From: Candidatus Omnitrophota bacterium
GTDB taxonomy: Bacteria; Omnitrophota; Gorgyraeia; Zapsychrales; Zapsychraceae
Assembly (NCBI GenBank): GCA_015233495.1
Contig: JADFXQ010000007.1
Span: forward strand, 1 to 54,341
Direction: 5' to 3'
DNA length: 54,341 bases
Position 1 is the stretch's first letter. Each line of letters starts with the position of its first letter. Below the pieces are notes generated by a model that searched no databases, had not been told where the DNA came from, and worked only from the letters and a program-made list of their open reading frames with translations. The position numbers were made by a program, and so were the translations under genes. Of the stretch, positions 36,241 to 46,498 are shown piece after piece.

Positions 36241-37758
36241 TTACGCTTTACCTCTTCGGGCTTCTAATTGTTTCCGGATCTCGTACGCTTTGTCTTCGGA
36301 GACTTCAAAAGTCATAATAATAAAAATAGCGATTACCGTTGTCCCGATCGGAATGCCGACATCGCAAAGCCGCATATATAACAGAGTATGCGTTGACTGG
36401 CCGAGACCCAAAGCGATATTGAACCCGATCCAATTGAGAAGATATCCGCCGAGCACCGATGCCCCGGCCATGCCTAATTTTTGAATCCACCAATAAATGC
36501 CGCTGAACATGCCTTCCCGGCGGGCGCCGTTTTGCAATTCGTCATAATCACAAACATCCGCGACCATGGACGGAACTATGGTGAACAACGCGCCTAAGTG
36601 AAACGCTAAAAACGGCGCGGCGATCAGAATCAGATAGGGATGCTGGGGATTGTACCCGACCCATTTCAGGGCATAGCCCAAGGTAGCCAGCGACATGGTG
36701 ATCAAAAACGCTTTTTTCTTGCCGATCTTTGACGATATCCACGCGGTCAAGGAAATGGCTCCGAGCGTGCAAATCGAACTGATCATGCCAAACATACCTA
36801 ATAAAACCCCGCCGCTGTGCCACATATTATCCATGGCCGATAAACCGTTGGCAGCCTGCGATCCGCCGTAAACATAGAAAAAAAAGACATACGCCGTAAA
36901 AGCGGAAGCCAGCATGAACCCATTGAAAATCAAAAAAGTCACAGCGCAGAGTTTGACAAAAGGCAAACATTGAAAAGACAACACGCAATTGCGCATGAGA
37001 TCTTTAATGACATTCGCGGCGCCTTTCTTTTTTTCCGGCGGCGGCAAATTGACGAAATGTTCTTTGTTGAAGATCGCCGGAAGGATACCGCCGATCAAGA
37101 TAAATCCGCCGACAATGATGGCTAAGACCCGCGCCCCATGCACAATGTCCGTAAATCCGGGCAGAGTGGCGAGCGTATATTTCCCGATTTTCAATTCCAA
37201 AACTTTGGAGCTCATGATCGAAAAAAACCAGGGCGCGATCATCCAAACCGGCTGAGAAAACACGTTCGCGAAAGCCTGTAACCTCGTCCGCTCATGGTAA
37301 TCCGGAGTCATTTCATAACCCAGCGCTATCCAGGGAATAGAATAACAGGCAAAGGCAATGACAAAAAGAATTTGGATCGACAGCACGTACCAGAAATAAA
37401 AATTTTCACTGCGGCCTTTATAGAGTTGAAACATCAAGGCCAGCAAAATCCCGGAAGCGATCGCGCCAAAAAATATCCACGGACGGCGGCGGCCATAACG
37501 CGAGCGCGTGTTATCGGAACTGTAACCGATCAACGGATCGGAAAAAGCGTCGATAAAACGCGGAACCGCTCCGATCCAGCCGACTAAAGCGGGATTCACG
37601 CCTAATCCCAGGTTCAAAACCGCGATCAACTGGCCGACCGCAGCCGCTTGAAATTGATTCACGAACGAGCCTATGCCATAGACGATTTTCTGAAAAACCG
37701 GAATGCGGTCTTTGCGGTCGGTCACATGGTGAATTGACTGCGCCTTGGTTTCTGCCAT
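36241..37758 (-). CDS. GPH family (MelB-like) MFS sugar:cation symporter
   Basis: DAFSDPLIGYSSDNTRSRYGRRRPW, ALGYEMTPDYHERTRL, SMVADVCDYDEL..GARREG. Confidence 0.92.
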   Translation of the reverse strand: MAETKAQSIHHVTDRKDRIPVFQKIVYGIGSFVNQFQAAAVGQLIAVLNLGLGVNPALVGWIGAVPRFIDAFSDPLIGYSSDNTRSRYGRRRPWIFFGAIASGILLALMFQLYKGRSENFYFWYVLSIQILFVIAFACYSIPWIALGYEMTPDYHERTRLQAFANVFSQPVWMIAPWFFSIMSSKVLELKIGKYTLATLPGFTDIVHGARVLAIIVGGFILIGGILPAIFNKEHFVNLPPPEKKKGAANVIKDLMRNCVLSFQCLPFVKLCAVTFLIFNGFMLASAFTAYVFFFYVYGGSQAANGLSAMDNMWHSGGVLLGMFGMISSICTLGAISLTAWISSKIGKKKAFLITMSLATLGYALKWVGYNPQHPYLILIAAPFLAFHLGALFTIVPSMVADVCDYDELQNGARREGMFSGIYWWIQKLGMAGASVLGGYLLNWIGFNIALGLGQSTHTLLYMRLCDVGIPIGTTVIAIFIIMTFEVSEDKAYEIRKQLEARRGKA

Positions 37759-37833
37759 GAGCTGCCTCCATTTGAATTTATCATTAAAAAAGGAAGTTTC
37801 GCATTATAACAAACAAATCCGAGCCGCACAATA

Positions 37834-38871
37834 TTATTTATGTCCCTCTTTTGAATTTTGAATCGGCACATAAGGCGCGGTTGATTCGCGGACTATCAGA
37901 GAAGGGGCAATCATTTTGCGGACGATTTTTTTGGTTTTGCCCTGCATGATGGAATGCAAAAGCCGAACCGCTTCCTCGGCCATGCGAAAAAGCGGCTGAT
38001 GCAGCGTAGTCAACGCTACCGGGGCGTTCAAACAAGCCGGATTATCGTCAAAACCGATCAGCGAAATATCCCGCGGGGCTTTCAACCCGTTTTCGGCCAG
38101 GACCGCGAGCGCTTCCAAAGCCATGTCATCACTGGCCGCGAAAATCGCAGTCGGCCGTTCCGGCAATTTTAAAAATTGTTCCATGGCCCGTCGGGCGCTC
38201 TGCCGGGAATAATCTCCCGGATAAATATATTGTTCCGGCAAAGGAATATTTTTGGATTTCAAATATTTCGCAAAACCCTCCAGCCGTTCCGCGCCGGCCT
38301 GGGTTTTGACATTTCCCGTAATGGTCGCGATCCGGCGATGCCGCAGCCCCGTTAGATATTCCGCGGCCATCCTGCCCCCCAGCAGGTTATCCAAAGCGAT
38401 ATAATGCGTTTCCACATCCTTCAGATGATTATTCACAATGACACAGGGCAGACCCGCCTCTAAAGCGGCGTCAACTTGATTGCGGTTTTCAATAACATCC
38501 GCAAAAACAATGCCTCCGACACTGTTCGATTTTAACGGGTTTGAACCGTTCGTGATATGAAAAACCATGTCCAATTGCAGCGATTCGCAGCCATGTCCTA
38601 CGCCGCGCATCAACTCCACGGCATAAAACGAATAAAAAATGCCGGGATATCCCGGCATAACCAAACCGATAGCCTTAGTCACGCCGCTGGCTAACCGTTG
38701 GGCGCTGACATTCGGTTTATAATGGAGCGCGGCAATCGCTTCCTCGACGCGTTCAATATTTTTCGGATGCACTGTCGGTACATGATTGATCACCCGGGAA
38801 ACCGTAGTGATCGAGACATGGGCCCGTCGGGCCACATCTTCTATGCCAACGGGTTTTGAGGAGTTTCGCAT
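37834..38871 (-). CDS. LacI family transcriptional regulator
   Basis: IEDVARRAHVSITTVSRVIN, YKPNVSAQRL, PTAIFAASD, ISLIGFDD. Confidence 0.95.
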   Translation of the reverse strand: MRNSSKPVGIEDVARRAHVSITTVSRVINHVPTVHPKNIERVEEAIAALHYKPNVSAQRLASGVTKAIGLVMPGYPGIFYSFYAVELMRGVGHGCESLQLDMVFHITNGSNPLKSNSVGGIVFADVIENRNQVDAALEAGLPCVIVNNHLKDVETHYIALDNLLGGRMAAEYLTGLRHRRIATITGNVKTQAGAERLEGFAKYLKSKNIPLPEQYIYPGDYSRQSARRAMEQFLKLPERPTAIFAASDDMALEALAVLAENGLKAPRDISLIGFDDNPACLNAPVALTTLHQPLFRMAEEAVRLLHSIMQGKTKKIVRKMIAPSLIVRESTAPYVPIQNSKEGHK

Positions 38872-38919
38872 GCGGAAGATAATTCGGCTAAAAATTCATT
38901 GCTCAAAATGACGGCAGAT

Positions 38920-40221
38920 TTAACGGATCGCATCGCCCGCCTGGATCGGCGTCCACTGATCTTTGATATCGGCGGCGCTGATATCTTTGCGGACTTGGAT
39001 CACTTCGAGCCGAGCGATATACTGCTGATCGCGGTAAACGCTTAAGCTGTCTCCGGTTTTGATCCCGGCACTCTCGCCAATATCGACAATAACGAAATTA
39101 TTTTCTTTATTGATGCTGACCACCTTGCCGTTGAAACCGGGCTTAGTCACTCCGGGGTTAAAACTCGGCGCCTGACTATTTCCCGTCACGACAATCGGCG
39201 GCAATTCCACGGGCTTTGCCGTGGCGTTCTGGGCGGCCTTGCTCGATTGAAATGCCGTATCTAAACTTTCTTTGATCGCCCAAATTTCATCAATTTTACT
39301 TTGCACCAAAGCATCGGTCTGTCCCAACTTATGTTCCACGTCGGACTTGTCTTTCGATAATTTCACTATCGTCTTTTCCAAAGCGCCTTTTGTCCCCACC
39401 AAGGCCTGTAATTGATTACGGAGCTCCCCATTTTCCTTATTCACTTTATCAAAATTATCTATGACGAATTTTCTCTCGTTTTTAGTGCGCGCCAATTCTA
39501 AGGCTAAATTATTGATCGTTTCGGTTTTATAGATCAATTCGCGTTCCACGTCTTTTTTGGCATTCGCGAACTGGTCGATCTTGACTTTATACTCATCTCC
39601 CAAACGCCGCAACTCCACGATATCGATTTGATTCTGCGATAGCTGACCTTTCAAATTCTGTAATTCCACTTCCAATGCCGCTTTATCGCGTAAAACCGTT
39701 GCCCAATATTCTTCATTATTCACGTTCATCCCACCGGTGAGCGCCGCGGCCGGAGCAGGAGTTGCTCCCGCAGCCGAGGAAGCCGCGGCTGTCTGCGCCT
39801 CTTGAATTTTTTCTTTATAAACAACCATCGGGTTGTCTTTGGCCTCTTTCAATTCCTTGACCAAACGATCGCGTTCTTTGCGTAAATTATCAATCTGAGA
39901 TTGAACGCGCTCTTTGTCCTTAGTGATGGTTTCCGCTTTAGCTAAAGCGTCGCGTTTATCCGCTTCCAAAGCGTTTAATTTTTTATCGTAATCGCTTTGG
40001 GCCTCATTAAATTGTTGTTCTTGATCGTCTTTTTGCTTGCGAATTTCTCCCGCTTCTCTTTGCGCGACCGTCGCGGTATTTTCCGCTTTTTCCAGCTTGC
40101 GGGATAAAAGCGCGTTTTTTTCTTCGAGCTTGCCTTTTTCCAGCGTCAGCCAACCCACGCCGCCGACGGCGAAAAAGAGCAGCGCCGCCAAAAATGCCAA
40201 ACCCATTTTTACTTTAGACAT
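38920..40221 (-). CDS. Membrane-anchored long coiled-coil protein with C-terminal beta-barrel (FlgT C-like)
   Basis: N-terminal TM helix, ~280 aa of heptad-rich sequence, C-terminal GKVVSINKENNFVIVDIG..AGIKTGD.LSVYR. Confidence 0.7.
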   Translation of the reverse strand: MSKVKMGLAFLAALLFFAVGGVGWLTLEKGKLEEKNALLSRKLEKAENTATVAQREAGEIRKQKDDQEQQFNEAQSDYDKKLNALEADKRDALAKAETITKDKERVQSQIDNLRKERDRLVKELKEAKDNPMVVYKEKIQEAQTAAASSAAGATPAPAAALTGGMNVNNEEYWATVLRDKAALEVELQNLKGQLSQNQIDIVELRRLGDEYKVKIDQFANAKKDVERELIYKTETINNLALELARTKNERKFVIDNFDKVNKENGELRNQLQALVGTKGALEKTIVKLSKDKSDVEHKLGQTDALVQSKIDEIWAIKESLDTAFQSSKAAQNATAKPVELPPIVVTGNSQAPSFNPGVTKPGFNGKVVSINKENNFVIVDIGESAGIKTGDSLSVYRDQQYIARLEVIQVRKDISAADIKDQWTPIQAGDAIR

Positions 40222-40252
40222 TGATGCTCCTTGTTAACGTCTGAATGCTTCC

Positions 40253-40281
40253 AATATAACAAACGTTTTTCCAACACTCAA
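40253..40281 (-). promoter_or_regulatory. Putative promoter with LacI-type operator core
   Basis: TTGAGT-17 nt-TATATT with palindrome AAACGTTT in the spacer. Confidence 0.4.
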
Positions 40282-40434
40282 GAAGAAAGCGAATTATTTT
40301 TTGATATTTTTCCCGACGATAAACGAAAAAAAACAAAATAATTGCAGCCGGCGCGTTTAATTCAAAAAAAATTACGCTTAAATCGCCCGGCGCAACAATT
40401 TAAGATGCTGGGACTGCCGCCAAATGCCAACCTA

Positions 40435-41133
40435 TTATTCAAATCGGATGTCGTCTAAATAAAAAATGCAGGATTCAGGATTGGCGGTCACGTTTGCCGT
40501 CCAGGCAAAACCGCCGCTGATGTAGGACAAATCTTTACCGCGTAAATCAATCGTGTATTGCCGCCATTCGGATGAAAGAATCACCGGGCCGATGCTGGCC
40601 AAATCCGTGTCGGGATATTCGTTGGCAATCCCGCCAACACTGAACTCGCTGATTTGCTCGCCGCCGCTTTCGCCCTTGGCCCAAAAGGTCAACTTTTGCG
40701 CGCCGGTTAAATTGAATCCTCCTTTACGATGACCCCAATTATTCGCCGGATTTAACCAATACACGCCGGCCCACTGCTGATCTTCCCGCGAACATTGTAC
40801 CCCATAAACAACGCGAATGCAGGTTTTCCCGCTATGGCATCCTTCTTGCCAAGTCTCATTTAAAGTCACGCACTTTCCGTCCGGCATAAAACCAGAAGGC
40901 ACATAATGATTTAATATCGATCCTTTATCCGTGTAAATATCAAAGGGCTTGAATGCCGGGTCAACCACCGAAGCGGTGGTCGTTTCATTGGAAACATTAG
41001 CGCCGCCATCAGCCACCGCATCGCTGGAAGATGAAGTCGGGACAACCGACTTATCGCTATTATCCGCGTTACCGCAAGCTAACACTAACGTCGCAAAGAC
41101 GGCAAATATCCATATTTGTTTGTTCATAACCAT
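40435..41133 (-). CDS. Lipoprotein with galactose-binding-like (CBM/CIA30-type) domain
   Basis: Lipobox VLAC-G, Ser/Thr linker, NLTGAQKLTFWAKGE.GGE...LSSEWRQYTIDL...FYLDDIRFE. Confidence 0.75.
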   Translation of the reverse strand: MVMNKQIWIFAVFATLVLACGNADNSDKSVVPTSSSSDAVADGGANVSNETTTASVVDPAFKPFDIYTDKGSILNHYVPSGFMPDGKCVTLNETWQEGCHSGKTCIRVVYGVQCSREDQQWAGVYWLNPANNWGHRKGGFNLTGAQKLTFWAKGESGGEQISEFSVGGIANEYPDTDLASIGPVILSSEWRQYTIDLRGKDLSYISGGFAWTANVTANPESCIFYLDDIRFE

Positions 41134-41146
41134 AAACAGAATAAAA

Positions 41147-41194
41147 GGGACACACACTAAACTCATCTTGCTTGTTGAATTAAGTGTGTGTCCC
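41147..41194. repeat. Inverted-repeat element GGGACACACACT...AGTGTGTGTCCC
   Basis: 17/19 complementary arms; resembles the elements at 51004 and 29702. Confidence 0.7.
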
Positions 41195-41200
41195 CGAAAA

Positions 41201-42052
41201 TTAGACTTTACCTAATTCCGCTAAGGCCTGCTGCGCGGGTTCTGCCGGTTTCCAGAACCAACCTTGCGGATCCCAGCATTGCGCATAAGAAAATTCATTC
41301 ACTAAACGTTCATAAGCTTGCTTGGCTTCTTTTAACTGTCCCGCTTTGCGAAACGCTTCCCCGCGAATATAAAGGGCAGTCCCCACATCGTTTAACGCCC
41401 AATATTTAAAAATTTCCTCGCGGGATTGCCACGGATATTCTTTCAAAGAACCTTGCATTTCTTTCGCTTTGTCTGCGTAAAGCTCTAAGACTTTATCCGT
41501 ATAGGCGACCACCGCCGCGGTTTCATTTTTATCCAGAGCTTTCCACGCTTGACCTGCCAGGAAAGAAGACGTATGATCGCCGAAATCCAAAGTATTGCCG
41601 GAATCGATCATCGCTAATTTTTCCTTCGCGGCTTCCGCTGGTTTCCAAAACCAACCATTCGGATCCCAGGCTTGGCCATAGGTGAATTCTTCCATAACTT
41701 TCTTGAACGCCGCTTTTGCCTGATCTTTCATATCGGCCCGGCGATACGCTTCCCCTTGAATAAAATAACAAGTTGCCACATCATTCAAAGCCCAAAACCC
41801 AAAAATTTCTTCTTTGGGGCCGTTCGGATACGCTTGCAATCCGCTCTGCATTTTTTTCGCTTGCGCCGCGTATAACTCCGCGCATTTATTTGTGTAGGCC
41901 AAAACCGCTTCTACATCTCCCTGCTTCAACGCATCCCACGCCTTGGTCGCTAATGTCGATGATTTATAATCGCCGAAATTATAAGTAGCCGCGGAAGCAA
42001 ACGTGGTTAAGCCAAAAACAAACCCTACTACCATAACCAAAAACTTTTTCAT
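41201..42052 (-). CDS. Secreted protein made of two copies of a TPR-like helical domain
   Basis: Signal peptide, then 2x (FGD..SS.LA..AW.AL...WALNDV.T...I.GEA...WDP.GWFWKPAE). Confidence 0.8.
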   Translation of the reverse strand: MKKFLVMVVGFVFGLTTFASAATYNFGDYKSSTLATKAWDALKQGDVEAVLAYTNKCAELYAAQAKKMQSGLQAYPNGPKEEIFGFWALNDVATCYFIQGEAYRRADMKDQAKAAFKKVMEEFTYGQAWDPNGWFWKPAEAAKEKLAMIDSGNTLDFGDHTSSFLAGQAWKALDKNETAAVVAYTDKVLELYADKAKEMQGSLKEYPWQSREEIFKYWALNDVGTALYIRGEAFRKAGQLKEAKQAYERLVNEFSYAQCWDPQGWFWKPAEPAQQALAELGKV

Positions 42053-42293
42053 ACCTTCCTTCTCCTTTCTTGCTCCAGCCTCAAGTTGAGATTAAGGGAC
42101 TCTCACAAAAGTCCCATTACTGGAATCCGGCAGCCGGATAGAATTGATAAAAAACCCACAACTAATTATACCTGATGCCGACGGAAAATGCCACTTTTTA
42201 TTCGCGGCATAACTGTTTATATGCCAATATGTTGCGTCTTTAGCAAAAAAAAAATTGTCCCGACTTAAATTATTTAGGTAAATTATTTTCAAT

Positions 42294-44645
42294 TTAGAAA
42301 AATTTTTTATTCCAAACTCCTGCATAATAAAAATAAACTTTGCGCAGTTGGCGCTCAAAAGGGCTGTGCTGGCCTTTGCCCTGGGACGTCATACCAAACC
42401 ATTCTTCATAATACAGCCCTCCCGGAAACGGACCAATCGCGTTCGACTTCCGGTCATGTCTAAACGGCTCATAATTCTTCCACCATTCATCCGTCCACTC
42501 AAACGCGACACCGCCCAAAGCGTTGCCCACGCCGCGAGACCGGCCTGCCAAATTCTCTTCAATATCCATCCAATTCCCCTGATGATAATTCATCTGCGCG
42601 GTTTCGGCCTCGTCCATATTCAAATTCGCCGCGAACGCCGGACAGCCATATTCCGTGATCATCGCCGGCCGGCCGGTAGCGTCAAACACCTGCTCCCAAA
42701 AAGCCCCAAATCCATAATCCCCCCGATAAACATTAGCGCCGAAGATATCGACGTTCGGACTGTATTTCGCGAATATATCCAGAAACAAGGTGTCTCCATT
42801 GGCGATGGCAACCGGATGATTCGAATCCAGTGACTTGATCATTTGCGCGACTTCATCCACAAATTTGAAATACGCCTCCGGCTTTTTATCCGCGTTACAC
42901 GCCACACCGTAATTATTCTCATTGCCTAAAAGCCACAACAAGACATAGGGCTCGTCTTTATGTTCCAAAACCATGTCCCGCACCGAGGCCATCATTTTCT
43001 TTTTCTGCTCCGGGTCTTCATAATCCGTGCCCTTCGACCAAGAAGCCCCGGAACCAAAAGTATATTTTCCCAGGAAATCGCCGATAATAATTCGAATGCC
43101 ATAGCGTTTAAATAGATCGCGTAACACCGCCTTATTTAAAGGAAACGGCTGGTGATACATCCGCAGCGTGTTGACGCCCATCTCTTTCATCAACTGAAAA
43201 TCGCCAACTGACTTTTCATTCGGATCTTGAATATCATTATGATTTTTATCAACCCACGCCTCGTAGGGGCCGTCCAACAAGCCGTCATTGTTGCTGTCAA
43301 ATGTCATCCAGTCGGCTAAGGTGCCTTTGTCCGGACTCTGGCCGACTTTGGTCGGCGCATATGTCATGCCTTTAATCACATAGGGTTGATCATGGACCAT
43401 CAGCTGCCAATGCATATTCTCATATTGCACCAGCCGCACTTCACCTTCGCCCAAGCGTTTGATCACTTTCCCTAAAGAACAACGCTCCTCGGGATTTAAG
43501 GTGTCTTTCACCTTGCCCAACATCCCTTTTTTAAAAATCTTCCCCGGGTAAGTAATAAAAACATCATTCTTCGTGTCATTATCAAAACCATTCAAAACTT
43601 TCACGTTCATCCATTTATAATCCAACCCCAATTCCGGATGGACGCGGATAATGTGCCGGATCTTGGCCACCGCCGCTTGAGCCGGATACCAGGGCGTTTG
43701 CCAATAGGTCATGGAAACCGTGTTGGGCAGATGCACAACCAAGGCGTGATAAGCTTTGAGCGCCTCATAATACATCTCGGCTTTTTCGAAAATCATGCCT
43801 AAATAAAAAAGCCGCACGCCCCACGGTTCCGGCGCGGTCACCCATTTGAAATACGCGGCCTCCAAATCATCCGTGTTCACATAATCCCAATGCCGGCCTT
43901 TAAGTTTGCCCTCGCGCAAATACTGACGGTAGCGCGGATTTTTATAAATGCCATTCTCGTTAGGATAAATGCCTTCCCCCGCCGCGTTCGCCAATCCCAC
44001 CAAATCCGCGATGGAATATTTATAATGATCCGTACCCACGTCGATAAACTGCCCGTATTTGGTGTAATCAATAATTTTATCCGTGCCCGGCGTGGCAAGA
44101 TAGGGTCTGGTCCGCGGAGTTTTTTTGAAATGTTTCGCGTCTTCTTCTTCCGATTTTCCGGAACAGACGTCGACACTGTCCTGACTTTTTTCCGCGATCG
44201 ACCAAAACGAACCGCGGCTGGGATCCCAGGCCTGAGCCCAGGAATAATTTTTTATCACGCGTAAAAAAGCCTTGCTGGCATCATCGCAGCGGCCGTCATT
44301 CATTATCGCTTCCGCTTGGACGAACAAAAGCGTGCCCACGTCATTGAGCGCCGCGTACGCGCTTTCTTCGCCGCGCAGGGGAAAATTTTTAAGTATTTTT
44401 TGTTCCCGGTCCGCCTCCGCTCCATAATGCTCAAGCCCATCCCGCACCAGCTGATCCAAACGCTTAAAATCCCTTTTGCTCGACGCCTCCCAAGCCTGGG
44501 TGACTAATTCGGAAGACGACGTCAACGCCGCGGCGCCGGACGGCGCATTGGACCCGGAACGCGTGTCCTGGGCCGCGGCCCAGAGCGGACCAACGGCAAG
44601 CAACATCATTAAAAACGAAATCAAAAATAAAAGTTTTGTTTTCAT
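42294..44645 (-). CDS. Secreted clan GH-A (GH2-like TIM barrel) glycoside hydrolase with N-terminal TPR-like domain
   Basis: MKEMGVNTLRMY, WLLGNE (acid/base), ITEYG (nucleophile), FEWTDEWWK; N-terminal ALNDVG...AWDP domain. Confidence 0.8.
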   Translation of the reverse strand: MKTKLLFLISFLMMLLAVGPLWAAAQDTRSGSNAPSGAAALTSSSELVTQAWEASSKRDFKRLDQLVRDGLEHYGAEADREQKILKNFPLRGEESAYAALNDVGTLLFVQAEAIMNDGRCDDASKAFLRVIKNYSWAQAWDPSRGSFWSIAEKSQDSVDVCSGKSEEEDAKHFKKTPRTRPYLATPGTDKIIDYTKYGQFIDVGTDHYKYSIADLVGLANAAGEGIYPNENGIYKNPRYRQYLREGKLKGRHWDYVNTDDLEAAYFKWVTAPEPWGVRLFYLGMIFEKAEMYYEALKAYHALVVHLPNTVSMTYWQTPWYPAQAAVAKIRHIIRVHPELGLDYKWMNVKVLNGFDNDTKNDVFITYPGKIFKKGMLGKVKDTLNPEERCSLGKVIKRLGEGEVRLVQYENMHWQLMVHDQPYVIKGMTYAPTKVGQSPDKGTLADWMTFDSNNDGLLDGPYEAWVDKNHNDIQDPNEKSVGDFQLMKEMGVNTLRMYHQPFPLNKAVLRDLFKRYGIRIIIGDFLGKYTFGSGASWSKGTDYEDPEQKKKMMASVRDMVLEHKDEPYVLLWLLGNENNYGVACNADKKPEAYFKFVDEVAQMIKSLDSNHPVAIANGDTLFLDIFAKYSPNVDIFGANVYRGDYGFGAFWEQVFDATGRPAMITEYGCPAFAANLNMDEAETAQMNYHQGNWMDIEENLAGRSRGVGNALGGVAFEWTDEWWKNYEPFRHDRKSNAIGPFPGGLYYEEWFGMTSQGKGQHSPFERQLRKVYFYYAGVWNKKFF

Positions 44646-45502
44646 CCGACGATAGCTCCTGAAGAAAGGCCTTTAACAATATGTTTTTGCATCAGCAAAT
44701 AAACCAAAAGGATCGGGATCACCGAGATCGTCAAACCCGCCATCAGCACGGGATAATTGACGCTGTAAACCCCTTGAAACAACATGATCCCCCGCTGCAA
44801 CGGCATTAATGACGGATCGTTCAACAAAAGCTGCGCGAGAATGTATTCGTTCCAGACATTGAGCGCGTTGAAAATCACAATGACCGCGATGGCCGGACGC
44901 GCCAAAGGCAAGGCCACATACCACCATATACCGAGCCGCCCGCATCCGTCGAGACGCGCCGCGTCTTCCAGATCCGGCAGCATTTTATCAAAAAACGTCT
45001 TGAGCAATAAAATGCTCATCGACAACCCCAGATTGATCATACACAATATATAACCAAACCGCGTGTTAACCAAACCCAATTTATTCATCATCACATAAAG
45101 CGGCACAAAACTACCGGGGAGCGGGATCATCATCGCCAAGACAAATACATAAAAAAAGAAATTTCTTCCCGGAAAACGCAACCGCGAAAACGCGTAAGCC
45201 GCCAAGGAGGCGATGAAAACAATCCCGGAGACCACACTCGCGGTGTAGATAACGCTATTGATAAAATAAATCCCAAAATGACCGTCCACCCAGGCCTGAA
45301 CATAATTCGCAAAATGCAACCGCGCCGGAATTAGAGCGGTATCCGCAAAAATAGTATCCATCGACATCAAAGACGACCGGACCATCCAGAACAAAGGAAA
45401 AAGACAGGTTAAAGCGACGATGAGAAGAAAAGAATGGATTCCGAATCCTTTCCCGCAATCCGCCCATTGATAATAATTCCAGTTACCGTTGAGCTTCGCC
45501 AT
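44642..45502 (-). CDS. Carbohydrate ABC transporter permease (MalG-like)
   Basis: LAAYAFSRLRFPGR, EAA loop LEDAARLDG, WNEY. Confidence 0.92.
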   Translation of the reverse strand: MAKLNGNWNYYQWADCGKGFGIHSFLLIVALTCLFPLFWMVRSSLMSMDTIFADTALIPARLHFANYVQAWVDGHFGIYFINSVIYTASVVSGIVFIASLAAYAFSRLRFPGRNFFFYVFVLAMMIPLPGSFVPLYVMMNKLGLVNTRFGYILCMINLGLSMSILLLKTFFDKMLPDLEDAARLDGCGRLGIWWYVALPLARPAIAVIVIFNALNVWNEYILAQLLLNDPSLMPLQRGIMLFQGVYSVNYPVLMAGLTISVIPILLVYLLMQKHIVKGLSSGAIVG

Positions 45503-45544
45503 GGTTAAATCCCGTCCCCGGGAGCCTCTGACTCTCCCCCGCCA

Positions 45545-46495
45545 TTATGCCGGTTTCATCTTGCCCGCCAGCGCTCTAAACGCCACCGAAACGCCGACCA
45601 AAATCGCGCCGAACGTGACCCCCATCGCGCAGGCATAACCAAAACGATTCGTCCCGGTCATCGCCGATAGAATCCGCGTCACCGGAACTTCCGTGTGATA
45701 AACCAACCCTTGTCCGACCATAGACAAAATCAAAACAAAAACCTGCATCGAGCCTAACACGGTGAGAATCATCACCACCCAGATCACCGGCATCATCAGC
45801 GGAAGGGTAATATTTTTAAAAGCGCTCCAACTCCCCGCTCCGTCGACGCGAGCCGCCTCATACAGCTGTTTATCGACCGTTTGCAAACCCGCCAAAAGCA
45901 TCAAAAAACCCCAGCCAAACCCTTTCCAACTATGGACCAGGGCAATACAGATCAAAGCGGAATCCGGATTGGACAACCAATTATGCGCTAAATTTTGAAA
46001 ACCCAGCTTACTCAAGGCGTAATTTAATAGCCCATAATATTCGCCGTTCTGTGACCCGGCGTTCAAAATCCACCGCCAAATAAAACCAACCACCACTTCG
46101 GATAAAATCGGCGGAATAAAAAACACGACGCGGTAAAAATTTTTCGCCCGAATATCCCGGTCACAGGCTAAAGCCAAAGCCAAGGCCAGCATATTCTGCA
46201 GGGTCAAAGCGATGAATGTGATAAACCCGGCGTTGAGCAGGGATTGTCCCCAGATTCTGTCGTGAAATAATTCCCGAAAATTATCGAACCCGACATAGGT
46301 TTTATGCAAATCAATGCCGTTCCAATCCCGGAGCGATAAATTAAAAATTTCAAAAAACGGATAAATATAAAAAATCCCGAAAATCACTACCGCGGGAATG
46401 ATAAACGCGTAACAGCGCAATGCCTCCATGCCGCTGGAATAAGGAAAAGCCCCGATTTTCGCTTTCATATTCTTTGACGCTTGGCCTTTTGTCAT
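45545..46495 (-). CDS. Carbohydrate ABC transporter permease (MalF-like)
   Basis: YVGFDNF, LAGLQ...LYEAARVDGA...ITLP. Confidence 0.92.
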   Translation of the reverse strand: MTKGQASKNMKAKIGAFPYSSGMEALRCYAFIIPAVVIFGIFYIYPFFEIFNLSLRDWNGIDLHKTYVGFDNFRELFHDRIWGQSLLNAGFITFIALTLQNMLALALALACDRDIRAKNFYRVVFFIPPILSEVVVGFIWRWILNAGSQNGEYYGLLNYALSKLGFQNLAHNWLSNPDSALICIALVHSWKGFGWGFLMLLAGLQTVDKQLYEAARVDGAGSWSAFKNITLPLMMPVIWVVMILTVLGSMQVFVLILSMVGQGLVYHTEVPVTRILSAMTGTNRFGYACAMGVTFGAILVGVSVAFRALAGKMKPA

Positions 46496-46498
46496 TTG

